A stretch of DNA of 64,000 nucleotides from Dehalococcoidia bacterium. Its GTDB lineage: Bacteria; Chloroflexota; Dehalococcoidia; GIF9; AB-539-J10. The position numbers and the translations under genes are program-made. Below the pieces are notes generated by a model that was not told the DNA's origin, did no database searches, and saw nothing but the letters and a program-made list of their open reading frames with translations. The stretch spans positions 1,839 to 65,838 of the forward strand of contig DAOUDP010000016.1 in NCBI GenBank assembly GCA_034431195.1, read 5' to 3'. Positions within the stretch are counted from its first letter, which is position 1, and every line of letters starts with the position of its first letter. Of the stretch, positions 28,058 through 38,895 are shown piece after piece.

Positions 28058-29346
28058 TGGAAGCTGTATATTTCAAGTTCATACTGAGTCTGGGCTTAGT
28101 TCTAATATTTGCCAGGATATTTGGAGAGCTTTCAGAGCGTTATTTCAAGCAGCCAGCCGTTCTCGGAGAGTTAGTGGCTGGCATTATTATCTCGCCTTTC
28201 CTTCTCGGCGGGCTCGTTTTCCATGACCCTATAATCTTGAACTTTGCCACTGTTCATAATCCGTTCGGGCTTCAAGGGGACTTCGACATAATGTACATCA
28301 TAGCTAACATTGCCGTTATCATATTGCTCTTTCAGGCTGGGGTGGAGACTGATATTCGGTTGTTTCTCAAGCAGGCTCCCACTGGCCTGGCAGTTGCTTT
28401 TGGCGGCGTTATCCTACCCTTCATTGGTGGTTATTTCGTCACCAAGGCACTCTGTCCCGATGTTGGCATGGGTGGCTGGTTATTCATGGGAGCGGTACTC
28501 ACAGCTACCAGCATTGGAGTTACGGTGAGGATATTGATGGATATGGGGAGGTTAAATACTCGGGAGGGGAGTACCATCTTAGTGGGAGCTGTGATTGACG
28601 ATATAATCGGACTGATCATTTTATCCATAGTCATCGAACTGGCTCAAACAGGGGAGTTTGAGATTCTTGAGGCGGTAAAAATTGGTGCCATTGGCTTTGC
28701 AGTATGGTTTGGTTTACTCATGATTGGAGTCAAGCTTCATAAGTATATCTCCAGATATTTGTTAAATCCCTTCAAGAGGTCAGGCACTGCGCCCATTGTT
28801 GCCCTTATCTTTGGTTTCATTGTGGCTTATCTGGTTACCCTGGTCGGTCTGCATCCTGTAGTTGGAGCTTATGTGGCGGGATTGATGTTCAGCGCTTGTC
28901 AGGAAAAAGAGGAGATAGTAGAAAAGGGGAGACCGATAATGCTTTTTGCCGCCCCGTTTTTCTTTGCCTATCTGGGGATGATGGTTAACTTGAGGCTCTT
29001 TGGTGCTCCGGGGGTGGCGGTGTTAGCTGTTCTATTGATAGTGGCAGCTATAGCAGGGAAGGTGATAGGTTGTTACATACCGGCACGGTTTCCTGGCAAG
29101 CTTTCTCACAATGCTGGCATGATAGTAGGAGTGGGTATGGTGCCTAGAGCTGAGGTAGGTCTTATTGTTGCTGCTGCAGGATATATAGCTGGAGCTATAA
29201 GCTTAGGCTTGTATGGCGCAGCGGTAGCAGTAAGTGTCATAACCACGCTGGTAACACCCGCAATGCTCAAGCCTTTCTTTAAGAGGCAACTAGTGCAAGT
29301 CTCCCAGCCAGTGTCTGATAATTCTGAATCTAGCGATAGTACTTAA
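28057..29346 (+). CDS. cation:proton antiporter (CPA/Na+-H+ exchanger family)
   Basis: 429 aa, 11-12 TM helices. Translationally coupled to the CBS gene. Confidence 0.75.
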   Translation: MEAVYFKFILSLGLVLIFARIFGELSERYFKQPAVLGELVAGIIISPFLLGGLVFHDPIILNFATVHNPFGLQGDFDIMYIIANIAVIILLFQAGVETDIRLFLKQAPTGLAVAFGGVILPFIGGYFVTKALCPDVGMGGWLFMGAVLTATSIGVTVRILMDMGRLNTREGSTILVGAVIDDIIGLIILSIVIELAQTGEFEILEAVKIGAIGFAVWFGLLMIGVKLHKYISRYLLNPFKRSGTAPIVALIFGFIVAYLVTLVGLHPVVGAYVAGLMFSACQEKEEIVEKGRPIMLFAAPFFFAYLGMMVNLRLFGAPGVAVLAVLLIVAAIAGKVIGCYIPARFPGKLSHNAGMIVGVGMVPRAEVGLIVAAAGYIAGAISLGLYGAAVAVSVITTLVTPAMLKPFFKRQLVQVSQPVSDNSESSDST

Positions 29347-29351
29347 TCTGG

Positions 29352-29612
29352 CTATTCGTCTTTTATTCCATGGTCGCGAAGATAGTCAATGGCATTCTGA
29401 ACAGTCTTGATATTTTCGGCATCTTCATCAGGTATTTCCAGCCTGTTTGTAGGAGTGTTGAATTCCTCTTCCACTGCGGTAATAAGTTCGATTAGGTCCA
29501 GAGAGTCGGCATTCAGGTCCTCTGTGAAGGAAACTTCCGGGGTTACGTCGTTTTCATCAACCCCCAGTTGTTCTACAATGATTTCCTTTAATTTTTCAAA
29601 GATGGTTGGCAT
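29352..29612 (-). CDS. acpP: acyl carrier protein
   Basis: 86 aa; phosphopantetheine attachment site [20 protein letters not shown]. Confidence 0.8.
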   Translation of the reverse strand: MPTIFEKLKEIIVEQLGVDENDVTPEVSFTEDLNADSLDLIELITAVEEEFNTPTNRLEIPDEDAENIKTVQNAIDYLRDHGIKDE

Positions 29613-30049
29613 TTTCCCTCCTTTCGTCGCTCATGGCTTGCTTTGCCATATTTGGTGACTATTGACCCTAATACGCCATTAATCAGACGTGGTGAAGAGT
29701 CACTGCCGAAAGTTTTAGCTAACTCTATTGCTTCGTTTATGGCTACCTTAACGGGTGTATTATTATCCATCAAAATTTCGAAGATGGCAACACGCAGGAT
29801 ATTCCTATCAATGACAGACATTTGCGCCACAGGAAAGGATGGAGCAAAACGCCCAATAACTTTATCAATCTTTGACTTATTTTTTAGCACACCTTGTACA
29901 AGTTTCTCAGTGAAGCTGATTGCTTCTTGAGACAGTGACTGTTCTGTTGTTGAGTGAATCACAGCATCTTCAGCTTTATGTTCAGTACAGTCAATTTCAT
30001 AAAGTGTTTGGAGAGCAGCGATTCTTGCCTTTCGTCTCAAGCTAGCCAT
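29588..30049 (-). CDS. nusB: transcription antitermination factor NusB
   Basis: 153 aa; [16 protein letters not shown] signature. Confidence 0.8.
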   Translation of the reverse strand: MASLRRKARIAALQTLYEIDCTEHKAEDAVIHSTTEQSLSQEAISFTEKLVQGVLKNKSKIDKVIGRFAPSFPVAQMSVIDRNILRVAIFEILMDNNTPVKVAINEAIELAKTFGSDSSPRLINGVLGSIVTKYGKASHERRKEGKCQPSLKN

Positions 30050-30050
30050 G

Positions 30051-30998
30051 TTATTCTGTTATTAAGTGGTTTGCCTTTAGCCGTGAGATTTCTTCAGTGC
30101 TCGATATGTTCAATGTTCGTAGCTCGGGATTAATCCGCTTAATCAATCCACTGAGTACCTTCCCTGGTCCTATTTCGTAGAATGTGGTTACTTTTTCTTG
30201 AGCCATGTATTCCACGGAATGTTGCCATCGGATGCAATTGGAAAGCTGGTTCAAAAGCTCTTCCCTTATATCAGCTACATTATCCAGTGGTTGGGCGGTT
30301 ACATTTGCTACTATAGGAGTTGTTGGTTGCTGAAATGTGGTGTTGGAGACAATCTCGCCGAATTCGTCAACAGCTGATCGCATCAAACTGGAGTGGAAAG
30401 CGCCACTAACCCTTAGTGGGATCTGACGAATACGCTTTGCCTTGGCTAGGTTGTTAGCTTTGTCTAAATTGTCTGTGCCGCCGCTGATCACAATTTGTCC
30501 CGGGCAGTTGATATTTGCAATGGTACATCCACTGTGGAGACATAAATCTTCAACGTCTTCCTTGCTAGCTCCCAGTATTGCTATCATCCCTCCTGGTTTC
30601 TTTTGTCCCGCCTGGTGCATCAATCTTCCTCTGTGCTGGACTAGCCGAACGGCATCAGTGATACTGAGCACGTCGGCAGCCACCAGGGCGGTATATTCTC
30701 CTAAGCTATGTCCGGCAACGAAGGCAGGGGAAGGAAGATGGTCATTGGCTGTTTCCTGAGCTGCCTTAAGGCAAGCAACGCTGGTTATCAATATAGCTGG
30801 CTGGACGTTGTCTGTTCTGGTTAATTCGTCATCTGGTCCTTCAAAGCATAGGCGCGAAAGGGGGAGACCTAAAGCATCGTCGGCTTCCTCAAAAATCTCC
30901 CTAGCCAAGGAGTAGCTATGATACAGGTCTTGCCCCATACCCACTTTCTGCGAGCCTTGGCCGGGGAAAATATAGGCTATCTTGAATGGTTCGGTCAC
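30051..30998 (-). CDS. fabD: malonyl CoA-ACP transacylase
   Basis: 315 aa; FPGQGSQKVGMG and active site GHSLGEY. Confidence 0.9.
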   Translation of the reverse strand: MTEPFKIAYIFPGQGSQKVGMGQDLYHSYSLAREIFEEADDALGLPLSRLCFEGPDDELTRTDNVQPAILITSVACLKAAQETANDHLPSPAFVAGHSLGEYTALVAADVLSITDAVRLVQHRGRLMHQAGQKKPGGMIAILGASKEDVEDLCLHSGCTIANINCPGQIVISGGTDNLDKANNLAKAKRIRQIPLRVSGAFHSSLMRSAVDEFGEIVSNTTFQQPTTPIVANVTAQPLDNVADIREELLNQLSNCIRWQHSVEYMAQEKVTTFYEIGPGKVLSGLIKRINPELRTLNISSTEEISRLKANHLITE

Positions 30999-31005
30999 GC
31001 GTTAG

Positions 31006-31200
31006 TTAACCTTTTGCTTTAGGTGCTTTGATTTCAATAACTTGCATATCACCATAACTACCGCAGGTGGGACAAACGTGATGAGCTAGCTTTGGGTTGT
31101 GACATTGCGGACAAATATCCAAGGTTGGTAAAGCTAGCTTAATATGGCTTCGCCGCTTACCCCTACGCGCCTTGGCATATTTGCTCTTAGGTAGAGCCAT
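31006..31200 (-). CDS. rpmF: 50S ribosomal protein L32
   Basis: 64 aa; MALPKSKYAKARRGKRRSH… with CxxC…CxxC zinc ribbon. Confidence 0.85.
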   Translation of the reverse strand: MALPKSKYAKARRGKRRSHIKLALPTLDICPQCHNPKLAHHVCPTCGSYGDMQVIEIKAPKAKG

Positions 31201-31669
31201 ATAATTTCATCTCCTTTATTCCAGCACAATCAGGCTGGCATAATGCTTTCATCGGTAGATTTAGCAAGATATATTGGCGTATCAACTCTCCTAAGTCAAG
31301 TACATGATTTTCATCGATAATCAAGCCTTCTGATTCTTGGCACAAATCGAGTGGCAAACCACTGGATATATCAATGGCGGGACGGACTTCCTCTTCAATG
31401 GCAAAATTTATGGGGTAAGGAAAGGCTTTTAGACAGCGGCTGCAAACAAGTTCCACTTGAACGTTTAAGTTACCACGAACTAAAATCCCTTGGCCAGTGC
31501 GAATTAGCGTTACTTTGCCCTTGATAGAACCTTCAGGTTGCTCTGCAATTATGGTGTCAATTTCATAGTTGCGGCTAGAGCCAACGGGGTCTTTCAGCAA
31601 TTGAGCTACGTTAATTGCTCCAGGCAAATGCCTTTCGTTGAGGTCTTCGACTTTCATCATTGTTATCAC
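31187..31669 (-). CDS. yceD: YceD/DUF177 family protein (large-subunit rRNA accumulation protein)
   Basis: 160 aa, conserved yceD-rpmF arrangement; CxxC…C near the middle. Confidence 0.65.
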   Translation of the reverse strand: MITMMKVEDLNERHLPGAINVAQLLKDPVGSSRNYEIDTIIAEQPEGSIKGKVTLIRTGQGILVRGNLNVQVELVCSRCLKAFPYPINFAIEEEVRPAIDISSGLPLDLCQESEGLIIDENHVLDLGELIRQYILLNLPMKALCQPDCAGIKEMKLYGST

Positions 31670-31700
31670 AACTTGTAGTGTAAATTAAAGGTAAAGTATA

Positions 31701-32897
31701 ATGACTAACTTAAGGAAGTTTCAAGCGGTGGAAGGGAAAGAATTAAAGGAGAAATTAAGGGCTGAACTAGAGATACGGCGCAGTGAATTAGTGCGACTGA
31801 GCCTGGATATTCATGATAATCCTGAGTTAGGCTTTCAGGAGGTAAAGGCGGCATCCTGGCTTAGCGATTACCTGAAGAGCAATGGGTTTTGCGTTGAACC
31901 GAATATTGCAGGGCTATCTACAGCCTTTCGAGCAGTATATGGTGAAGGGAAACCAAAAATTGTTGTGCTTGCTGAATATGACGCCTTGCCGGGAATCGGG
32001 CATGGTTGTGGACATAATATCATAGCAGCGTCGGCGGTTGGTGCTGGCATAGCTAGCAAGATTGTTGTAGATAATCTAGGAGGAAGCATCATAGTATTAG
32101 GCACGCCTGGTGAGGAGGATTTTGGTAGCAAAATAGATATGGTCAAGGCTGGCATTTTCGACGATGTGGATGTGGCTATGATGGTGCATCCCTCGATGCT
32201 AAACATGGCAATTTATCGGACGCTTGCCTGCCTATCGCTTGAGGTGGAATTTTTTGGCAAAGCAGTCCATGCTGCTGCTCAGCCAGCCGAGGGCGTAAAT
32301 GCTCTTGAGGCTATTATTCTCGCGTTTAACTCTGTAAATTCGCTGCGCCAGCACATAAAAGAACAGGCGCGCATTCATGGCATAATAACCGATGGTGGTG
32401 AGGCGCCCAATGTAGTGCCTGCCCATAGCGCTGCTAAGTTTATAATCCGTGCCCCTGACTATGCTTACCTAGAGGAGTTGCAAGGCAAAGTGCTAAACTG
32501 TTTTAAGGGCGCCTCTTTAGCCAGTGGCGCCAGACTAGAATATCGCTGGGGTGATAAAGTTTATGCTCCTATAAAGAATAATGTTGCTCTAGCTCAGCTA
32601 TTTAGCAATAATCTTGAATTAATGGGACGTCGTTTGGATGTTTTTGATCTACAAATTCCTTTTGGTAGTTCGGATATGGGAAATGTTAGCCAGGTGGTTC
32701 CTAGCATGCATCCCGTGGTCGCTATTGTCTCTCCCAAAGTTTCCTTACATTCGGCAGAATTTGCTTCCGCTGCTGCTTCTGAGGCTGGACACCAGGGGTT
32801 ATTAGATGCTGCTAAAGCAATGGCGATGACCATGGTTGATGTCATTGGACGCCCTGAGGTGTTGGAGAAGATTAAGCAAGAATTTCGTAGCTCTTAG
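31701..32897 (+). CDS. M20D family amidohydrolase (aminoacylase/hippurate hydrolase-like)
   Basis: 398 aa; metal ligands GHGCGHN, EEDFGSK, MVHP. Confidence 0.8.
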   Translation: MTNLRKFQAVEGKELKEKLRAELEIRRSELVRLSLDIHDNPELGFQEVKAASWLSDYLKSNGFCVEPNIAGLSTAFRAVYGEGKPKIVVLAEYDALPGIGHGCGHNIIAASAVGAGIASKIVVDNLGGSIIVLGTPGEEDFGSKIDMVKAGIFDDVDVAMMVHPSMLNMAIYRTLACLSLEVEFFGKAVHAAAQPAEGVNALEAIILAFNSVNSLRQHIKEQARIHGIITDGGEAPNVVPAHSAAKFIIRAPDYAYLEELQGKVLNCFKGASLASGARLEYRWGDKVYAPIKNNVALAQLFSNNLELMGRRLDVFDLQIPFGSSDMGNVSQVVPSMHPVVAIVSPKVSLHSAEFASAAASEAGHQGLLDAAKAMAMTMVDVIGRPEVLEKIKQEFRSS

Positions 32898-32900
32898 GCA

Positions 32901-33863
32901 ATGGTTACGGTAGGAATTCCACGGGCTTTACTTTATTACCAGTATTATCCCATGTGGAAGGTTTTCTTGGAGAAGCTGGGTGCGGAAGTAGTGGTATCAT
33001 CGCCAACCAACAAAAGCATATTAAACTTGGGCGTTACGCGAGGTGTTCAAGATACCTGCTTGCCGGTAAAGGTCTTCTTCGGACATGTCGTTTCTCTAGC
33101 CGATAAATGTGACTTTATGTTTGTCCCCGCTGTTACCAGTTTGGGTAAGAAGAGTTATAATTGCTCCAAGCTTATCGGTTTGCCCAATATGGCAAGAGCT
33201 TTAATTCCAGAATGTCCCCCTATTCTTGACCCGGAAATAAACTACGAGAGAGGACGCTATAATCTATACCGAAATATTTATGAGGTAGGACGCCATTTTA
33301 CCTGCAATCCATTCAAGCTTAAGAAGGCAGTGGAAGAAGCTTGGGCAAGCAATTTGGATTACCGAAATAAAATGTCTGATGAAGGGATTACACATTTTCA
33401 GGCTATTGATTGTAAGCCGCCTCCTGATGTGAAATCTTCTTCATTGACTATCGCTGTTATTGGGCATCCCTATATTATCTATGATGAATATGTTAGTCAT
33501 CGGCTCATTTCATGGCTGCAGAAGATGGAGGTCAAAGTTGTTACCCCGGAGATGGTATCTCAGGAGGAACTTGATGCTGCTACAAGAAGACTGGTGGGTG
33601 TTCCCCATTGGTCATTTGAATCTGAAATAATCGGCGCTGGAGAATATTACTTGGAAACGGGGGTAGATGGTATAATTATTGTCGCTGCTTTCGGATGTGG
33701 TCCTGACTCAATGATGCTAGGCATGGTGCAACATCGGACAAAAGAGTTTGAGATTCCTCTTTTACCGCTTAGTCTGGATGAGCATAGTAGTGAAGGAGGG
33801 TTGCTTACTCGATTAGAGGCTTTTCTAGATATGGTTAGGCGGAGGAAAAGAGTATGCGTATAG
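32901..33863 (+). CDS. acyl-CoA dehydratase activase-related protein (DUF2229 domain), component 1
   Basis: VGIPRALLYYQYYPMWKVFLEKLGAEVVVSSPTNKSIL…TCLPVKVFFGHV matches DUF2229 (CoA-enzyme-activase uncharacterised domain); CGPDSMM motif. Confidence 0.6.
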   Translation: MVTVGIPRALLYYQYYPMWKVFLEKLGAEVVVSSPTNKSILNLGVTRGVQDTCLPVKVFFGHVVSLADKCDFMFVPAVTSLGKKSYNCSKLIGLPNMARALIPECPPILDPEINYERGRYNLYRNIYEVGRHFTCNPFKLKKAVEEAWASNLDYRNKMSDEGITHFQAIDCKPPPDVKSSSLTIAVIGHPYIIYDEYVSHRLISWLQKMEVKVVTPEMVSQEELDAATRRLVGVPHWSFESEIIGAGEYYLETGVDGIIIVAAFGCGPDSMMLGMVQHRTKEFEIPLLPLSLDEHSSEGGLLTRLEAFLDMVRRRKRVCV

Positions 33864-34957
33864 GATTTCCTCATTTTGGTAACGTTTATATTGCACTAAA
33901 GGCTGTAGCAAGAAGACTCGAATCTCCTGGGGATGCGCTAATAACTCCACCCCCGATGACTCAACACACATTGGACCTTGGAGTTAAATACTCACCAGCG
34001 GAGGCTTGTTTACCCTATAAGCTTACTTTAGGTAGTCTGATTGAAGCTTGCGAGCTGGGGGCAGACAGTCTAATTCAAGCCAGGGGGACTGGGATTTGCC
34101 GTTTAGGTTATTATGCCAAAGGTCAGGAACAAATGCTTCGTGACTTGAACTATGCTGCTCATTTTTTGACCGTTGATATATCTCACCACAAGCTTATAGG
34201 CATTATGCGACTTATGAGGGATGTAACTCATAATCGCACTTGGCATGAAATTATTTCATCATTTTTCTTTGCTATCGGTAAGTTATCTGCGTTAGATAGA
34301 ATAGAAAAAGTGGTTCACAAAATACGGGCAGTGGAGCTTGAGAAAGGAACAGCTAGCCGAATTTACCGCAAGGCTATCACCTCTATCGATGAGGCAATGA
34401 CTGGTAAAGAAGTCAAGGAATTAACTAAAGAATATATCGAGAAATTAAACCGAGTGCCTAAAGACATCACTGCTGAGCCACTCAAAGTAGGCATTGTCGG
34501 GGAGATTTATGTTGTTATAGAGCCTTTCGCTAATATGGATATAGAAATAGAATTGGGCAAATTAGGAATAGAGGTAGAGCGGACCTTGACTCTTTCTCGG
34601 TGGGTTAAATATAGTCTGTTTCTTAACTACCTTGGTCTAGACGAATGGAGAAAAGTTCATAAATTAGCTCATGCTTATCTCGACCATGATATTGGTGGTG
34701 ATGGTTGGGAATCAGTAGGGGAGAAAGTGCTTTATGCTCGCAACGGATTTGATGGCATAATCCATCTAGCCCCTTTCACCTGTATGCCAGAGATAGTAGC
34801 TGAGAATATCATGCCATCGACAAAGGAAGATATACCCATGCTTGCTGTTACTTGCGATGAGCAGCAGAGCAAACAAGGGATGTTAACCAGACTTGAGGCT
34901 TTTACAGACTTAATAAGCTTTAGAAGGCGAAGAAGGGAGCATGGGAGAAGAATTTGA
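33854..34957 (+). CDS. DUF2229-type protein, component 2 (paralogue of preceding gene)
   Basis: IGFPHFGNVYIALKAV…ACLPYKLTLGSL parallels the N-terminus of gene 32901; C-terminal …LAPFTCMPEIV. Confidence 0.55.
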   Translation: MRIGFPHFGNVYIALKAVARRLESPGDALITPPPMTQHTLDLGVKYSPAEACLPYKLTLGSLIEACELGADSLIQARGTGICRLGYYAKGQEQMLRDLNYAAHFLTVDISHHKLIGIMRLMRDVTHNRTWHEIISSFFFAIGKLSALDRIEKVVHKIRAVELEKGTASRIYRKAITSIDEAMTGKEVKELTKEYIEKLNRVPKDITAEPLKVGIVGEIYVVIEPFANMDIEIELGKLGIEVERTLTLSRWVKYSLFLNYLGLDEWRKVHKLAHAYLDHDIGGDGWESVGEKVLYARNGFDGIIHLAPFTCMPEIVAENIMPSTKEDIPMLAVTCDEQQSKQGMLTRLEAFTDLISFRRRRREHGRRI

Positions 34958-35150
34958 GATATTAGACAAGCTTGTCAAAAGTAAACAGATGATAGTATTC
35001 TTTATTTTTATGAGCATCATTTCAATTTTATTTCACCCTCTGCTAAAGTTAAGACAAAGAAAAGCGTTAGAACTCGAAGAGAGCATAAGAGCTTTCAATC
35101 GGAGTAAACTAGAAAGCTTTGGAGGGACTTCTCTTAAAAAGGTAGACTAG
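34941..35150 (+). CDS. small hydrophobic protein (hypothetical)
   Basis: 69-aa track ORF with one TM helix, between the DUF2229 genes and the activase. Weak support. Confidence 0.2.
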   Translation: MGEEFEILDKLVKSKQMIVFFIFMSIISILFHPLLKLRQRKALELEESIRAFNRSKLESFGGTSLKKVD

Positions 35151-35152
35151 AT

Positions 35153-36124
35153 ATGAAGGGCTATCTTGGCGTTGATGTTGGTTCAGTCACCACAAAATTA
35201 GCTTTGCTTGATGAGCATGAGCAGCTTATAGCTTCTATTTATTTGCGAACTCGAGGTAATCCGGTAGACATGGTGAAACAGGGGTTGAGGGAAATACAGA
35301 AGCAAATATCGCCTGAAGTCGAGGTTAGCGGGGTAGCCACTACTGGAAGTGGTCGTTATCTAGCTGGCGTGCTTGTTGGTGCTGATTTGGTAAAGAATGA
35401 GATCACCACTCATGCTGTTGCTGCCACACAACAGATACCTGATGTGCGAACAATTTTTGAAATAGGCGGACAGGATAGCAAGATTATCATAATTCATGAT
35501 GGTGTGGTCATTGATTTTGGCATGAACTCGGTGTGTGCTGCTGGGACGGGGAGTTTCTTGGAACATCAAGCGGAAAGGTTGAATGTGAAGATTGAGGATT
35601 TTGGGGGGCATGCTTTGAGGAGTAAGAATCCAGCGCGTATTGCTGGGCGGTGCACTGTTTTTGCTGAATCAGATATGATTCATAAGCAGCAACTGGGATA
35701 TCCTCTCGATGATATTATCTATGGTTTATGTCAATCCTTAATACGCAATTATCTTAACAATGTTGCTTTAGGCAAGGAAATTCAGCCTAGATTGGTGTTT
35801 CAGGGGGGTGTCGCTTTCAATAAAGGGATAATCAGGGCATTTAACGAGGTTTTCGACTCCGAAGTTTATGTACCGCCTCACAATGAGCTTATGGGCGCTA
35901 TAGGAGCTGCTATTCTGGTGCATGAGGAAATGGAAATTAAGCAAAATCATCATAAGAGTAAGTTTAAGGGATTCGGTGTCAGCGACATAGAATTCAAGAC
36001 TTCTTCTTTCATATGCAAGGCTTGCCCGAATTTATGTGAAGTTTCCCAAATTTCTGCTGATGGTAAAGTTTTGGCCAGGTGGGGAGGGCGTTGTGATATG
36101 TGGGAGAGAGTTCCAGAAAGCTAG
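35153..36124 (+). CDS. BadF/BadG/BcrA/BcrD-type ATPase (CoA-substrate-specific enzyme activase, HgdC-like) with Cys-rich C-terminal extension
   Basis: 323 aa; LGVDVGSVTTKLALLD and IGGQDSKII actin-fold ATPase motifs; C-terminal CKACPNLCEVSQ…GGRCDMWE. Confidence 0.75.
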   Translation: MKGYLGVDVGSVTTKLALLDEHEQLIASIYLRTRGNPVDMVKQGLREIQKQISPEVEVSGVATTGSGRYLAGVLVGADLVKNEITTHAVAATQQIPDVRTIFEIGGQDSKIIIIHDGVVIDFGMNSVCAAGTGSFLEHQAERLNVKIEDFGGHALRSKNPARIAGRCTVFAESDMIHKQQLGYPLDDIIYGLCQSLIRNYLNNVALGKEIQPRLVFQGGVAFNKGIIRAFNEVFDSEVYVPPHNELMGAIGAAILVHEEMEIKQNHHKSKFKGFGVSDIEFKTSSFICKACPNLCEVSQISADGKVLARWGGRCDMWERVPES

Positions 36125-36136
36125 TCTCCTTCGTGT

Positions 36137-37057
36137 ATGGCTAAGAAGTATCAATTGATCGTCGTTGGTGGTGGTCCTGCAGGGCTTACTGCGGGGTTTT
36201 ACAGCGCCAGAGCGGGATTCACGGTGTTGCTCATCGAAAAGGAAGTAATCGGTGGGCAAATTGCCAATGCTGAGCGGGTAGACAACTATCCTGGTTTCCC
36301 CAAAGGTATTTCTGGATTTGAGTTAGTACAGCTTATCCAGCAGCAAGCTATGAATCATGGATTGGAAACTATGTCGGGTGAAGTTACTGGATTAACATCC
36401 GGTTATGGTAACAACATGGTTATCACCACTGAAGGTGATTTTATAGCTCAAGCGGTGATCATCGCTGGGGGATTGCAATTTCGTAAATTGGAAGTGCTTG
36501 GTGAAAATGAATTTATGGGCAGGGGAGTTTCTTATTGTGCTACTTGTGATGGTCCTTTATTTCGAGACAAAACAGTGGCGGTAATTGGGGGCGGCGATAC
36601 CGCTCTTACTGATGCTCTTTCTTTGAGCAAATTTGCTTCTTTGGTTAAGGTTATCCATCGCCGTAATCAATTGCGAGCAGGCAAGGTATTACAGAGAAAA
36701 GCACAAGCTGATCCCAAAATAGAGTTTATATGGGACAGTGTGGTGACCGAAGTAAAAGGAGAAAAAAAAGTCACCGATTTAGTGCTTAAAAATACCCAAA
36801 ATGGTACAATATCACTGTTAGCCGTAGATGGTGTTTTTGTTGCCATTGGACTAATTCCTAATACCGAATATCTGCGTGGAGTTTTGCCTCTGGATGAGTG
36901 GGGGTACATAGTCACTACCGAGCTGATGGAGACAACAGTGCCTGGTATATTTGCGGCGGGTGATATTCGCCATAACTCGGTGAAGCAAGCGATAGCTGCT
37001 GCTGGAGATGGTGCTGTTGCTGCGTTATCAGCAGAGAAGTTCGTTGGTTCGCTATGA
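36137..37057 (+). CDS. trxB: thioredoxin-disulfide reductase
   Basis: 306 aa; GGGPAG FAD motif and redox-active CATCDG. Confidence 0.9.
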   Translation: MAKKYQLIVVGGGPAGLTAGFYSARAGFTVLLIEKEVIGGQIANAERVDNYPGFPKGISGFELVQLIQQQAMNHGLETMSGEVTGLTSGYGNNMVITTEGDFIAQAVIIAGGLQFRKLEVLGENEFMGRGVSYCATCDGPLFRDKTVAVIGGGDTALTDALSLSKFASLVKVIHRRNQLRAGKVLQRKAQADPKIEFIWDSVVTEVKGEKKVTDLVLKNTQNGTISLLAVDGVFVAIGLIPNTEYLRGVLPLDEWGYIVTTELMETTVPGIFAAGDIRHNSVKQAIAAAGDGAVAALSAEKFVGSL

Positions 37058-37506
37058 AAGTTATCTTCTTAACGGACGTTCCCTCAAAAGGGCAGGCAGG
37101 GGAGATAAAGGTGGTAAGCGATGGGTATGCACGAAACTTCCTTTTCCCCAGAGGACTGGCTCAAGTAGCAACACCTGAGGTAATAAAACGAGCCGAAATC
37201 GGTCTCCGGAAGAAAATGACTGAAGAAAGCTCGAGCAAGGAAGAGATGGCCAAGTTGGCTAAGCAAATTGAAGGAATTCAGATCTGCTTCAAGGCTCGTG
37301 TAGGCGCTGAAGACCGTCTCTTCGGTTCTATCACTGAGGCTAATATTGCTGAAGAACTCAGCAGAATTGTAGATGCTCCTATCGATAAGAGGCAAGTGGT
37401 TTTGGATAATGCATTACGGCAAATAGGTGAATATGAGATAGCTATTAGATTGGCTACAGATTCGGTAGCGCGAATCAAGGTAGTTATCGAGCCTGAAAAA
37501 GCTTGA
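37054..37506 (+). CDS. rplI: 50S ribosomal protein L9
   Basis: 150 aa; [36 protein letters not shown]. Confidence 0.85.
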   Translation: MKVIFLTDVPSKGQAGEIKVVSDGYARNFLFPRGLAQVATPEVIKRAEIGLRKKMTEESSSKEEMAKLAKQIEGIQICFKARVGAEDRLFGSITEANIAEELSRIVDAPIDKRQVVLDNALRQIGEYEIAIRLATDSVARIKVVIEPEKA

Positions 37507-38894
37507 AAATGATAGAAGAAAAGTTACCCCCTCATGATATTGAGGCAGAAGAAGCAGTAATTGGCTCCTTGGTTGTTGACCCTGATGCTATATTTAAGAT
37601 AGCGACCTTCCTTGTTCCTGAGGACTTTTTTGATGAAACTAACCAAGTAATTTATCAGGCATGTCTATCCGTTCACCAACGCAATGAAGTTGTAGACCAG
37701 ATTACAGTAGCTCATGAGTTAATGCGACAAAACAGGTTAGAGCAAATTGGTGGAGCTGCTTATTTGAGCCATTTAATATCCATTACACCTACACCGCTCT
37801 ATGTTGAGCATTATGCTCGGATAGTATCCAATGCAGCAGCAATGAGACGATTAATTGCTGCTGCGGGACAGATTGCTGCTATCGGATATGAGGCGGGTGC
37901 TGATGTTGAGTCCACTCTCAATAAAGCTATAGACATCCTCTTTCAAGTAGGAAGTAAGGGGGCACCAACGAATTTAGTCTTGGTTCGTGATATCCTGAGC
38001 AAGTATTTTGAGGAAGTGGGGCAACCTCCACTAGGGGGGAAGCAAATACCCCATATTTTAACTGGCTTTGCTGGGTTGGACGGATTATTAGGTGGCTTGC
38101 AAAGGTCGGATTTAGTCATTTTGGCTGCAAGGCCAGCAGTTGGAAAAACGAGTTTAGCCTTGAATATCGTTAGAAATACTGCTATCGAGCAGAAGGCTTG
38201 TGTTGCCCTTTTTAGCCTGGAGATGTCTCGGGATACAATTGTTCAGCGTCTTTTGTCCTCTGAAGCGAGGGTGGATTCGAAGGATGTTCGTTTAGGGCAT
38301 TTTACTGAGAGAGAAGAAAGAAGGATTATGGATGCTAGTGGAGTTTTGTCAGAGGCACCAATTTATATTGATGATAGCCCTCAGCAACGTGTTGTGGATA
38401 TAGGAAGTAAGGCAAGACGTCTTCATCGTGAGCGTAACATCGACTTGATTGTTATTGATTATCTGCAATTGATGCGAGGTGATGGTAAGAATGAACCCCG
38501 AGTTCAAGAGATAGGCAACATAACCCGTTCCTTAAAAGGGTTGGCTAGGGAATTGAATGTACCTGTGCTCACAGTGTCTCAACTTAGCCGTGCCGTGGAG
38601 TGGCGTGCCTCTCATAAACCTCAGCTCTTCGACCTGCGAGAGAGCGGTAGTATTGAGCAAGATGCTGATGTTGTATTTTTTATCCACAGAGAATCTATGT
38701 ATTGCGAAGAGGAAGAATGGTATAGAACACACGATGTGGAGAAAGAGCCCTATCCTCGCAATGAGGCCGATATTCTTGTTGAAAAGCATCGAAATGGTCC
38801 TCTGGGTATAGTGAAATTGCGTTTTCTCCCATGGTTCTCTCGATTTGATAATGTAGAAGTAGTGCCAGCCCCTAGTTCTGAGGAGTTATTGTAA
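37503..38894 (+). CDS. dnaB: replicative DNA helicase
   Basis: 463 aa; Walker [10 protein letters not shown] and Walker B IDYLQLM. Confidence 0.9.
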   Translation: MKMIEEKLPPHDIEAEEAVIGSLVVDPDAIFKIATFLVPEDFFDETNQVIYQACLSVHQRNEVVDQITVAHELMRQNRLEQIGGAAYLSHLISITPTPLYVEHYARIVSNAAAMRRLIAAAGQIAAIGYEAGADVESTLNKAIDILFQVGSKGAPTNLVLVRDILSKYFEEVGQPPLGGKQIPHILTGFAGLDGLLGGLQRSDLVILAARPAVGKTSLALNIVRNTAIEQKACVALFSLEMSRDTIVQRLLSSEARVDSKDVRLGHFTEREERRIMDASGVLSEAPIYIDDSPQQRVVDIGSKARRLHRERNIDLIVIDYLQLMRGDGKNEPRVQEIGNITRSLKGLARELNVPVLTVSQLSRAVEWRASHKPQLFDLRESGSIEQDADVVFFIHRESMYCEEEEWYRTHDVEKEPYPRNEADILVEKHRNGPLGIVKLRFLPWFSRFDNVEVVPAPSSEELL

Positions 38895-38895
38895 C

